DNA of 64,000 nt. Origin: Caecitellus pseudoparvulus. Lineage: Eukaryota; Protista; Bigyra: Bicosoecida. The stretch lies in contig CBFFRQ010000080.1 of assembly GCA_965644315.1 (NCBI GenBank), positions 62,001 to 126,000 on the forward strand, in the 5' to 3' direction. Both the position numbers and the translations under genes were made by a program. The notes below the pieces were generated by a model. The model made no database searches. It saw only the letters and a program-made list of their open reading frames with translations, and had not been told where the DNA came from. Within the stretch, counting starts at the first letter, position 1; each line of letters opens with the position of its first letter. Shown here in pieces: positions 25,894-37,118 of the stretch.

Positions 25894-28800
25894 ATGCAGG
25901 AGTCAGGCCTGTGCTCGCAGGCAACGAGCATGAGAGACTGCCGCTTGCCCACAGACGCAAAAGAGTGTCTTGAAAGCCCTTCGCTGCACGAAGCAGTGCA
26001 GGGGCTCTCTGATGGGGTGTGGGAGGCTGCACTGAAGGTGCGTGCGGCGTTTGAGTGGCGTTACGCAGCCTGGCTTGACAAGGAGCTCCGCTCCCCACCC
26101 GCAGTGGACACGGAGCGCTCTGAAGCATGGATGTGCCGGAGCAGAAACAATTTCCCCCATCGTGCCTTCCTCGCTTCAGCTTGTGTTGGCTCAAGCCGTG
26201 AACAGCGTGCGAGCGGCGGAGAGCTCCAGTGGCTCAGCGCTGCTGTCCGAGCTGCAAAGCATTCGCAAGGCGCGAGACAGTTCTTTGGAGCAAGCAGTGG
26301 CAGAGGGCAGCCACTCATCAGCAGCATCTCTACTCCGGCGGGTCGCCCAGCGGGCGCCCCCAGCGGCGGGGGCGAGCAACCCCACACGCCGTCGCAACGT
26401 GGGATCGTGGCACTCCTCTCGGCCCCACGTCACTGCCCTGTACCCGTTCAAGGATGGCATTTCGACGATGGAGGACATCCTCATCGATGCCTTCCAAGAG
26501 AAGGGCCCTCCACAAAGCACTGCTGGCGCGGCGCAGGCGGCAGTAGCTGCAGCCCTGGCGGAGCTGGCAAAGGCAGAGCAGGCTTCTCGTGGTCGGCACC
26601 GCCAACGCGGCCAGCAGGAGAGCAAGGCTTCCTCGCCACGGCCTGCCTCACGCGACCGGTCCCCAACGCAGGCCAGTTCCGTGGACACTGCCCCCCGGCC
26701 CTCCCCATCTCGGTTGCCCCGTCCCTCCCGCCTCTGCTACTCCCGACCCATTGCCCCCCCCCTGCCGCCTCGCTCGCGTCAGCGCGACGCAGCCAAGCCT
26801 GCTTCAGGGAGCGACACTGCCAGCGCCCTGCCACGCCGTCGCCTCCCATGTGGCGCCTTGTCGCCCCCCAGGCAGAGGCCCCAGCGTCAGCCCTGGCGCC
26901 CAAGGCCTGGTCCCCACCGCCGCCCGGCCACAGGCGCGTTGCCCGTCATGCCCATGTTCCCCCAGCGCTCGGGGCGCAGGGAAGGAAACAGGCCTGGCAG
27001 CGAGTCAAGTTCCAGCGGACAGGCCTTGATGCGGCACGCTGAGCGAAAGTTCGGGTGGGCGCCACGGCAGCGCCGGGGAGTGGCTGCGGGCCAGCCGCCG
27101 GCCCACCCAGCACAGTCCCCACCGACACCAGAGGCTGCAGGTGACATCCCAAGCCCTACAGCCGCAGCTGTGGCAGACATGTATGCCACTGTGGCCAGAC
27201 GCACCGCGCGTGCTGCCAAAGCCAACCGCCAGCGCGCCGAGGCGAGCGTGCTGGAGCAGGAAGAGGCAGAGCGGCGTGCTGCAGCCAAGCGCGCTGCAGC
27301 CTTCAAGGCGGCAAGCCGGGGCGATGATGAGGCCGCTGCTGTCTTCTTGGGCTTACCAACAGCCCCAGACAAGCCTGGTGCCTGGAGCACCGCCGCGTCG
27401 GGGGGTGGCAGGCAAAGCGCAGACGGCCCCGTGCGCCAGCCACCCGTCGCTTGGAGCGTTCGCTCGGCACAAGAGCCGGCGGATCCAGCGGCAGAAACGT
27501 TGACTGCAGCGCAGGAGCTACTGGCACTGGCGCAATCTGTGACTCGCGCCAGTGCCCTGGCATCCCCTAGCGGCGCGGCAGCCTCCCGCCTGGCGGCAGC
27601 AGCAGCTGTGCGGTCACCTCCGACGCGCGCCGGCCCTGCGCCCACCCCGTTCGCGTCTGACATGACCCACGCACAGGATGGATCGGGGGACATTGTGGGC
27701 CTCATGTCTCCCGCCCAGGCGGCGAGGGATCAGCTGCAGCGGCTGGGGCATGCTCCACCCCGGCGCCAGATCGGGCGGGCTGCCGAAGCACCCCACCGGC
27801 ATCGCCCCCCTACGTTCACGGAAACTGCCCTAACGAAGGATGGTAGCGGTCCGCGGTATCTGCGGGGTGTGCAAAGCCGAATCAAGCACCTGGTGCGTGC
27901 GGCCAAGGCGCAGGCGCAGCCGAATCACAGCGCCCCCTTGCCCCAGCCTGCATCCCCACCTCTGCCACCTTCTCAAGCTGGGGCGGCGCTGTATGACGCC
28001 ATCCAGGGCCGCAACTGCCCCCCTTCCGCCCATGTGGCGCCAAAGGCTGCCGTGGACACCCCTAACGCTGCCCTGCCAGCCCTGCAGGCACCAGCTCCAG
28101 GTCTGCCGGGGGTGGCTGCGGAGACACCGCCTTCCACTGCCGCCCTCGCCGCACAGCGGACTGCCAGGGCGGACGCCGTGGCGGCTGCGGCAGAGCAAGA
28201 CGCACAGCGTCGGCGGGAGGAGCTTGAGGCTGCCGGCGTGCGCCTCTCCCCAGCTGCGGTGTCGTGGACAGTCGCCGTGGGGGATGAGGTGGGCTCACCA
28301 GAGGTGCCAGTGCCGCCTGACGCACAGCGGGCGCTGCACACCATGCGCAAGCGCCAAGCCACGGCAGCACAGCAACCCCCTTCACCCAAGTTTACGCTGA
28401 AGACAAAGTCGGGTGATGTGGAGGTCGGTGCTCAGCACCTGGAGCAGGCGGTGAGCGAACCCCAGCAGCCAGCGCTCCCGCAGTGGTACGCGGATGCCGT
28501 GGCCGAACTGCAGAGCCTGGGGGTGCAGCCACGCGTGCCTGATGGCATGACCATACCCGAGCCTTCGGTTCAGGCTCATTCAGCCTTCCCGACCCAGCAG
28601 CCGGCACAGCAGCCGACTGCGGCACTCTCTGTCGGTCCACGCCCGTCCACCGCCCCAGGGACCTCCCAAGGCCCGACAGTTGCCATTCGCTTTGATGACC
28701 GGGGAGTTGTGACTGGGCAGTCAGCTCTGGCGGTGGCCCGGGCCTTCTTGGACGGCGCTGTATTCCAGGCACTCATGGCGCCGTCCCCGGACGTCCCTGC

Positions 28801-29221
28801 GGCTCCCAGCACCAGCCAACACGGCGCCACTGGGGCAGAGGAGGCATCCTTCGTGACTGACCAGCCCCTGAGCGGTGGCGGAGCAGGAGCTCCCCGTTCC
28901 AGGCTTTCTATCGGCTTGGTGGATGGAGCAGTAGTGGGGGACACAGCACGGACGTTGTACATTTCTCCCGAGTCAGCTGCACCTCACCCAGACGGTGGCA
29001 CCCCACCCTCGCCTGCCTCCATCGAGCCAAGCCAAGCTCGAGAGCTGGACACGACAGCTGACACTGCATCAAGAGCCCCAACAGCCTGGACTGGGCACAC
29101 GCCCACAGGCAGCAGTGACGGAGATGACTCCTCTGCATCGGACTTGACGTTTCCTGAGGCCTCACTTGCAGGCGTACAGCAACGCTTGGATGCCTTGGCA
29201 GCCACAGCCGCGCCATCTTGA
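25894..29221 (+). CDS. Uncharacterised Ala/Pro-rich, largely disordered protein; probable intron 26038-26104
   Basis: 3.1-kb ORF. A phase-0 GTGCGT..CGCAG intron joins the upstream ATG frame to it. No recognisable domain; start uncertain. Confidence 0.6.
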
Positions 29222-29274
29222 GAGCATGGCACACCATCCCCGGATTCTTCGCTGGGTTGGCGCGCAGGATTGGC

Positions 29275-32200
29275 TCAGGCCTGCACGAGGCGGCCATGGG
29301 CGTCAGAGGCACCGGCCACGCGCCCATCGCCGTCCAAATTCACAAAGCCAGCCTTTCCCATGCCAGCCGAGATGGCAGCTTGCAGCACGCGCTGCCGGGC
29401 AGACTCTGAAGTCGCACTCTGCTGCGCCTCTCCCTCCGCCGACGCACGCTGCCGGTGGTACTCTTGCGCGGCATAGTACCCTGCCCCGTGCCTGTACCGA
29501 GAGGCCGGCTCCTCAAGCGCTGTCACTGTCCTTGGCGAAGAACCTGCACCCCCTTGAGCCTGTGGCGTCGCTCGAGCCGTTACCACGCGGCTGGCCTCGC
29601 TGGATCGTGGCACCGGCACGCCAGCTGCAGCTTCCGCTTCTTCCAGGCGCCGTAAGGCTTGCTCCAAGTCGTGCAACTTGTCCTGGATCACAGCAGTTGC
29701 TCCGTGTGAAATGGCATCTGCAACTGCTTCGCGGGCACTGCGAACTGCCTTGCGTGGGGAGGTGGTGGTGGCGTGAGACTCAGCTCGCTCTGCCTCCCAC
29801 ATCGCACGCTGGCCAGCCGCCATCACTGCTTCGTCCGCTTGCCACGCCACACGATCAGGCTCTGATACCTGCCCGTACAGCCGGGCCAGGCCCTGTGGAT
29901 CATGCACCAGGTCATGCCGACCGCTGTAGTCGAAGCGCCCCCCCGAGGCAGCAGCAGCAGTGGCTAAGCCGAGGCGCTGGCTGCGGGGCGCTGGGGACTC
30001 CCCTGCGTCAGGTGGCTCCACGAGGTCCGCACCCCTTCGAGCCATGTACTGCCGCCGGACTCGAGTAAGATCCCGCACGTGAACCGTGTCAGCCACCCCC
30101 CTTCGAGTATCCTGCGGGTGTGCACCTGCCTGGAGCCCAGTGCCCCGCAAGGAAGCTCCTGCCGCTTTGCCTTCCCGCTCTGCCCGTGCCTTCGAGTGCA
30201 AAAATGCCAAAGCATCATACCGTGCGTCTGTTGGTGCCACAGTGCGCGTCATGAACTGGGGCAAGCCGCTGCCATGGCGGCCAGTGCTCGTGGCGAAGCG
30301 CGGCGCCGGCTCTGATGGAGCAGCGATGCCCACACGGGCCCCCGTGGGGGCGCTCGTGACGACCGCGCCGTCGTGGCCCAGACGGTGCCGCCCAAGCGAA
30401 GTCCCACCTCGCTGACGGGGCACTGCTGAGGGCCCCACTGCGTCTCCTTCCAGCACAAATACGTGGCCATCTCCTCCACCCACGTCCTCGCCCCGCTCCA
30501 CTTCTCCCGTGTACGGCACGACTCGACTTCCGTGCGCGCCAGTGGCTGGTGCAGAGGTCAGGCCCGCTACAGCGCCAAACTCCATGTTGTATAGGAGGGG
30601 TGTCTCGCCGTGAGGATCCCGAGCACGTAGCGGCTTCCCAACAGCTTCGTACCCCACCACGGCAGGTGACACGGTGTGGTGGGGCTGCCAGCCAGCAAGG
30701 GGGGGTTGCCACGGCTCGTCGATGTAGCGCAGGGTGCCGTCTGGCTGCCTCACCTTACGGCGCGACAGCCATGCTGGTGTGCGGTGGGCAAAGGCTGAAG
30801 GGCGCCCTTCCAGGAGGGGCTTGGTTGCCGGCCGCCACGATGGCGCGTTGGAGGAGGGCTGCCGCATCCATATGTCAGCGGCATAGGCGGCATCCCTTTC
30901 CATTGGGTCGTCGGAGCGCTTGCCCGCGAACGTCCACCGCTCCAGCACTGCGTCCCGGTCCTGCGCCTTGTAGCTGAAGGCGGCAGTGTACGCGGCGTAG
31001 TGTGGGATGGCCCGCACGGCGTCCTGCTTGGGGTACCGGTGCGCGAATCGACCCTCCCCCGACAGCTTGTACGAAGAGAAGCGAGTGGGACCAACTGGCC
31101 GCATGCCATGCTGCACCGAACTGCCTGCACCGGCTGATGCGCGCTCTGGAGGAGGCAGTGAAGACGCCCGGCGCCTGGCCTTAGGCCCGCCCCCTGCTGC
31201 TCGTGAGGCCCGATCATGCCTTGCCAAGGCTTCTGGTGTCAAGGCGCCGCGGCTCCCTGCTGAACCAACACTGCTCCGCCGCTTACCTGCCCGGCTGCTG
31301 CGAGGTGTGGCCGCATCCACACTTCGGGACCGGGGCCTGCGCCGAGAGGAGCCCTGCAGCGTGACACCGGCTCCAGTGAGCGGGCAAACCTGTCCCGCTC
31401 GTCGCTGGCGCTTAGTCACGTAGTGTGGAGTGGGGGGTGCCCCGCCGAGGTTCAACGGCACACGCTGATAGGTTTCGGAAGGCAGAGCTCTTCGGGCGGC
31501 AGGGCTTGTGCGTGCGTGTTTGGCTGCGTGGCGCCGTGCCCGAGATACGTCACGGTGCACGAGGACCGCCCTGGATGCGCTGGCGTCTGTATGGGCTGCG
31601 TAACGCTTGCTGCCGCCTGGGGCCTGCAGTGGGTCCCGCTGCCCCCTGCTTCGTTGCTGCTTGTGGGTGCCAGCCAGCACCATGGCCCCCCCACCCTTTC
31701 GAATGAGGCGGGAGGTGGGCGAGAAGCCCTCACGACTTGCCTGGACCGCCTCGAGCCAATCAGCCGTGTCCAGCGGGGGAGGAGGAGGTGCGTGTGCGCC
31801 CCGAATGCCAGCCTCCACCCCGGCCAAAGCGGGTTCCGAGCGCGGCCCCTCCTCGGCCCGCAGGTTCGCTGTGTGCGCCAAGGCTTCACGGGAGACGCCC
31901 AGGTCAGCCCAGCCCTGCATCACCATGTTCCCAACGGTGGCAGCCTCGGCATCATCACCCCGCAGGGAGCGAGGCTTCACCGTTCGGGGGGCAGGGCCCG
32001 GACCTCGCTCAGCTCCCCGCCCCCCGAAGCCTTGGGGCGAAGCCTTGGACACCCGACTCCGGGGCAGGGAGCGTGCCCGGCCAACTGGGGATGCCGCCCC
32101 CTGCAGTGTCGCCACCATGCTCATGCGCGTACGGCGCCCAGTGCCACGAGAGGTGGGCGTGGAAGACGACCTGCCTCGCCGCTTGGCTGGTGTGTGAGAG

Positions 32201-33612
32201 TGGCGTGCGAGGGCAGACCTGGCTCCAGCATGCCCACCATGTGCTGCTGCAGCCAGGCTCGTGTGTGGAGCTGAGAAGCCAAACTGCTGCCTGAGCAGCT
32301 CGGAAGGCGCCACCGATGATGCTCCCAGTCCAGTACCCCCCATGCTACCCCCACCCCCAGCCAGCCGTCCTGGACTGCGCAGCATCCGCCCCTCGCCTGC
32401 CGAAGATGCCTGAATGGCACCTGATGGAGTGCCCTGCTTCACCCCTGCCGGGCCGTGCCGCATAGCAGCATCAGCTGTTGCCAGCGCCTGGTGGTGCAGC
32501 TCTAGCATTTCTGTGCGCCCCACTCGCTTCCCACGGCTGGCCGCAGTGGGCCGCAGGTGGCTTGGCAGGGGCGGGGACACTGTGTCCTGACCAGCGCGCG
32601 CGGCAGTCGCGGATGGGGCATCCCCACCCTGAGCCTTCATTTCCCTCGCGGATGAAGTGCGAGTCAAGGAACGCTGCAGGGGACTTCCGCCTCGCCAGCG
32701 ATCTTTCTGCAGCGTGGCATATCCGCTTGCGTGTTCCTTGGGAATGAATGCCTGCAGGTCCATAGGCAGGCTGCCAGTGCCAAGCCGCAAGCTGGGCTCC
32801 CCAGCTGCACCGGCGTCATGCACCAGCTCAACGGAATCGCTCGGATCCACCTTCGCGTCGCCACCTCGCTGGCCATGCAAGTGGTGGGCGGGCCCCGCCC
32901 CTGATGTGGCCTTGAGGTGCATCAAAGAAGTGAGGGCAGCTGCTGAGCCGCTGTTCGTGGCAGCCTTTACGGTGGGAGAGTTCCGAGCCTGCACTCGCTC
33001 GCGCATGGCAGAGCGCTGCTCTGCAACAGCTGCGATATTGGCCATGATTTGCCGGCCCTCGGCGAGGCTGTGCTTCGGGCTCGTGGGAGGTGACTTGGAG
33101 GTCAACACACGCGGAATGTGCTGAACGTCCGCCAGGGTAACGTGCGTGAAGTATTTGCCCCGTGCTGACGGGTGGGGTGCTGACGGGTCCACTGCGTCCT
33201 GGTCTTGGCTGAGGGAGGGGGCCAGCTTCGCAGTGCTTCGCAGAGGGGAGTGTGCCACTGTTCTGCCTTGCTTCGAGCTGGCCGGCTTCGGAGCCATTCC
33301 TGGCGCAGAGCCCCGAGCACCTGCCCGTGAAACCCCGGGTGGCGGGGATACAGACAACTTTGCCTTGGTGGGGGAAGCGCGGGGGGGGGCCCCGCCAGGA
33401 GGCGTAGCAGGTGATGGTGGCGCAGCAGGTGGTCTGCCCAGCGCTCGACGAGGACTGGCAGGCGACGAAGGGGAGCCCCGGGGCGCACCTCCAGCTGGCC
33501 TTGCAGCGCTTCCTGGCCGAGGCGGTGATGCCCCCCCTGGGGATTTCCCCATGGGGCGTGGTGCAGGTGGTCTCGGTCCAGGGCCACGCCCAGGCATCGG
33601 GCGGGGTGGCAT
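29275..33612 (-). CDS. Uncharacterised basic, low-complexity protein (~1450 aa)
   Basis: 4.3-kb stop-free frame, rich in Ser-Pro and Arg. ATG at 33612 assumed; an upstream exon is possible. Confidence 0.65.
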   Translation of the reverse strand: MPPRPMPGRGPGPRPPAPRPMGKSPGGASPPRPGSAARPAGGAPRGSPSSPASPRRALGRPPAAPPSPATPPGGAPPRASPTKAKLSVSPPPGVSRAGARGSAPGMAPKPASSKQGRTVAHSPLRSTAKLAPSLSQDQDAVDPSAPHPSARGKYFTHVTLADVQHIPRVLTSKSPPTSPKHSLAEGRQIMANIAAVAEQRSAMRERVQARNSPTVKAATNSGSAAALTSLMHLKATSGAGPAHHLHGQRGGDAKVDPSDSVELVHDAGAAGEPSLRLGTGSLPMDLQAFIPKEHASGYATLQKDRWRGGSPLQRSLTRTSSAREMKAQGGDAPSATAARAGQDTVSPPLPSHLRPTAASRGKRVGRTEMLELHHQALATADAAMRHGPAGVKQGTPSGAIQASSAGEGRMLRSPGRLAGGGGSMGGTGLGASSVAPSELLRQQFGFSAPHTSLAAAAHGGHAGARSALARHSHTPAKRRGRSSSTPTSRGTGRRTRMSMVATLQGAASPVGRARSLPRSRVSKASPQGFGGRGAERGPGPAPRTVKPRSLRGDDAEAATVGNMVMQGWADLGVSREALAHTANLRAEEGPRSEPALAGVEAGIRGAHAPPPPPLDTADWLEAVQASREGFSPTSRLIRKGGGAMVLAGTHKQQRSRGQRDPLQAPGGSKRYAAHTDASASRAVLVHRDVSRARRHAAKHARTSPAARRALPSETYQRVPLNLGGAPPTPHYVTKRQRRAGQVCPLTGAGVTLQGSSRRRPRSRSVDAATPRSSRAGKRRSSVGSAGSRGALTPEALARHDRASRAAGGGPKARRRASSLPPPERASAGAGSSVQHGMRPVGPTRFSSYKLSGEGRFAHRYPKQDAVRAIPHYAAYTAAFSYKAQDRDAVLERWTFAGKRSDDPMERDAAYAADIWMRQPSSNAPSWRPATKPLLEGRPSAFAHRTPAWLSRRKVRQPDGTLRYIDEPWQPPLAGWQPHHTVSPAVVGYEAVGKPLRARDPHGETPLLYNMEFGAVAGLTSAPATGAHGSRVVPYTGEVERGEDVGGGDGHVFVLEGDAVGPSAVPRQRGGTSLGRHRLGHDGAVVTSAPTGARVGIAAPSEPAPRFATSTGRHGSGLPQFMTRTVAPTDARYDALAFLHSKARAEREGKAAGASLRGTGLQAGAHPQDTRRGVADTVHVRDLTRVRRQYMARRGADLVEPPDAGESPAPRSQRLGLATAAAASGGRFDYSGRHDLVHDPQGLARLYGQVSEPDRVAWQADEAVMAAGQRAMWEAERAESHATTTSPRKAVRSAREAVADAISHGATAVIQDKLHDLEQALRRLEEAEAAAGVPVPRSSEASRVVTARATPQAQGGAGSSPRTVTALEEPASRYRHGAGYYAAQEYHRQRASAEGEAQQSATSESARQRVLQAAISAGMGKAGFVNLDGDGRVAGASDAHGRLVQA

Positions 33613-34060
33613 GGTGCTTGACACGGAGTCAGACTTTGCCCCACTCAACCCACGAGTAATTCAAGCCTGCGAAGAAAAGGGTGACAAGTGTGAAGGAATG
33701 ACGGCACCGAAGAGGGCCCGCGCAAGGTTCACTCGGTGGCACGGGGCCAGCGAGTGCACCCTGCCGTGTGAAGGTCGCAGCGCGACGGTGCCACCATTCA
33801 TGCAACAGGGCCACGCATGAGAGAAGAAGCATAATGGACCACGAGAGCAGAGAAAGTGCACGCATCAACCCACACCAGTGCAGTTTGCACAAAGAAAATG
33901 AGCGGGTCACTCACAGCGTGGTGTGGTGGGGTCAGTTGCAGGGCGCGGCAATGGTGCAGTCTTGGCAACTGCGGTCAAAAAATGCCCACCCCTGCTGCTT
34001 GCATTCCATTGCTGCAAGGCAACCACGCACCAATTGTGCGAAGGGAGGACTGGTGGGCAT

Positions 34061-35714
34061 TCATTGTGACAGCTGGTGCTGGCTGCTCCTTGCATGCTGG
34101 ACTTGCCTGCTTGGAGGGGGCGGAGGACCGCGGCCCCGTGTGCGAGAGGCTCCTTGGTACTGCAGCGCCCGAGCCAAGTGCAAGAACACCGCGAGAAACT
34201 CCCCCTCCCCTTCAAACAACGCACCAGGCACAGGGTCAGGCCCCACGACAGGTGTACCGGCAGGGTCCAGTGGCACCTGCCGCACCCACACGCCCACTAC
34301 CCCAGCCTCCGCCTGGTACACCTGGGCGCACACTCCCACCCCTTGGATCTGGGCCCACGCCCACACAGCATCAGACTGCACTCGTTTACCGACAGCTGAA
34401 GTCTCCGCCTTGGCCAGGGCTTTCTCAATGCGTCGCAGAGCTTGTTCTGGCGTCGAGGCAAGGAACAGCACCTGCTCCTCAGCCCACAGTTCAGGCTCCG
34501 GCTCAGGCAGCGGAGGCGCGGGAAAACTGTGACCCGGAGACGAAGTGGTGGCTTTGGGAGCGGCCAGCCGGGGAACTCTCGCGGCCACTGGGCTAAACCT
34601 TGCCTGCTGGATGGCTTCTGTGCGAGCTGAAGCCACTGCTGCCGCCACAACGCCGGCTCTGCGAGACATCTCGCCTGCCGCCACAGAGGCGCTGAGCACC
34701 GGCCCTGCCATCCAGGGATGCTCCAGGACGTCATCTAACGAGTATCGCTCAGCTGGGTTCGGCTGAAGCATGGCCTGCAGCAGGCTTTTCGCCTCAAGGG
34801 TGAAGTAGGCTGACCCTTCCATTGCCTGCCAGTATGCATCCCAGTCTTGACGGAGCACGCACTGATACCACCAATCTCCAGGAAGACTTGCCTCTGCAAA
34901 AGGCTGTATGCCTGACAGCATGACAAACAGCAAGACACCCAGCGACCACACATCAGCCGGCACGGGGTCAAAGCTGTCCGGGCGCAGGCGGGCTTCCGGC
35001 GCCAGGTATGCGGGAGTCCCGCAGTGCACACGCGGCAAGGCAGCCCCCTGCTTTGTCCCCTGCTCTATCTCCACGTTGTGCCCAATGAGGTCCACCATAC
35101 CGAAGTCAATCACTTTCAGCGCGAAGTCTGGCGTGAGAAGCAGCTTGCCTGGTCGCAAGTCGCGATGGGGAATGCCCTGCGCGTGGCAATGCCGAACAGC
35201 TGACAGCAGCTGCCCAAACAGCAGGCGAGCATGGAGCTCAGGAAAAGCTTGGGTGTGGAACAGCAGGTCAAACAGCTCGCCCCCTGCCGCAACTTCCGTT
35301 ACGAGCACGGCCACATCCTGTGCCATAGGAGCGCGTGCAGAGGCTGAGGTGAAGCGAGCGCACGGCACGGGTTGGCGTGGCCATGGAACGCACAGCTGCC
35401 GTCCCATCTTGCTTGGGCCACTGAACGGCCTCTTCGAAAGCAACAAGTTGCAATGTGTGCGGGTGAGCAGGGAGGCGTTGCAAACGCTCAAGAGTTCGCA
35501 CGAAGTTTTCGCGCGCAGGCCCCGCCGGCGGTTGGTGCAGCACCTTGAGAGCAACGAGTTTCCTGCCCTCTGCTGCCCCCGTGTCCACAGCCAAGTATGT
35601 CTTTCCTTGTGTGCCTTCTCCCAGCACCTTCTCCACCAAGTACCTACCACACACCAGTTGCTCTGGAGCCGAGTGGGGGCTCACTTGGAGAGGGCTCCCA
35701 GTTGCCGAGGCCAT
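34061..35714 (-). CDS. CAMK-group-like Ser/Thr protein kinase fold, probable pseudokinase; intron 35318-35393
   Basis: LGEGTQG, VALK, GGELFD, HRDLRPGKLLL, KVIDFG, CGTPAYLAPE and DVWSLGV motifs. Confidence 0.88.
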
Positions 35715-36095
35715 AACACTCTTGTACGTAGATGGTGACTGGGTGCGTAACTTCCTCTCGACGCCAGGTAGATGCAGAGGGCAGACCTGAGCTTGATTTC
35801 CCTCGGGACGAAACTCTGTTGAAACTCTCCACGTGGCGTGGTCATGTAGCAACCACCCACTGATGGAGCGGGCAAAACACTGCATCCCCACAAACAAGTA
35901 TGTGCATTGAAGTGCCGCAATTGTGCATTTTGATGGATGTTATTGTCAAGTACACGTTGCATGAGCCGGTTGCTGCTTGGCGTTGGAGGCACACAGCACA
36001 AATCCACGCTGCCCAAGCGCAGCTCAAGTTGCCCAGCAAACGGGACAACAAACTGTTCGTCTGAAGGGAATCCATAGACATAAGGCCTACCAGTC

Positions 36096-36879
36096 ATGGC
36101 AGCGACAGAAGAGCAGTGCGTCCCTACCCTGATGCCTCGCTGGCACTGCGATGTGCTTCTCTGGCTTCACGGGACCCTGCCCAAAGTCTCCCAGGACACT
36201 CCCGGCCACTTCCACCATTGACAACATCTCTCAGACGCTCTTCATGCGCGACTTGCCGGCTGCATCGCAGCTCAACGAGCTGGTGGAGTGCACGATAAAG
36301 AGCGACAGTCTGTCCTTTGCCGCCAAAGCACCATCTGACCTCTGGCAGCGAACGTACTATGGATTCAAGCCATTCTCAGCGCCAGCCATGCTGTGGAGTG
36401 TTGCAGACAACTTCACCTTCACTGTTCGTGCCCTATGGGAGCCAAAACATCGATTTGATCAGTGCGGGCTGCTAGCCTGCGTGGATGATTCCTGCTGGAT
36501 GAAAGCCTCTGTTGAGCTTGAAGATGAGTCCACCTCAAGGCTGGGCAGTGTGGTGACAAACACAGGGTACTCGGATTGGGCAACGGTGGATGTTGAGAGC
36601 AGTCGCCACACGCAGTGGTACCGCCTCAGTCGCCGGGGGCCGGACTTCCTCCTCGAGGGTTCAGCGGACGGAGCAGACTGGCACCAGATGCGCATGTTCC
36701 ACTTGTCAGCACTGGGCGAGACGACCCACGCAACAGAGGAACCCCACCCTCCCGTTCCGCCGGGGATTCCATCGCTCCAAGTAGGCGTGTACGTCGCATG
36801 CCCCGTGGCAGGGAAGATGCTCGCTACCTTTGACAACATCTCCATCGGGCCCTGCCAATGGAAGGCCCACGGAAAATGA
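36096..36879 (+). CDS. DUF1349 (Ree1-like, concanavalin-fold) protein; probable intron 36116-36194
   Basis: SDLWQRTYYGF, FDQCGL, WMKASVE, RLGSVVTNTGYSDWAT, WYRLSRRGPDFL and GVYVACP motifs. A phase-2 intron joins ATG 36096 to the main ORF. Confidence 0.85.
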
Positions 36880-37118
36880 ACCACTTCTGGCCAGCGAACA
36901 TGTCTGGACTATTGCAAGCAATGTATGCACTTACAAGGCACGCAGGGCAGCTGACTACGGCACCACATGAACAGGACGAATTCAATCTGGTCCACGTTGG
37001 TGTCCTCCGCACAAGTACCTGGCACCTCTAGGCGATGCCAGGCCCACCACGGAGGCGTTCAAGATCTTAGTACTGGAGCGTGGCTTTCAGAAGTGGACAG
37101 TCCCACGAAGCATATGTG

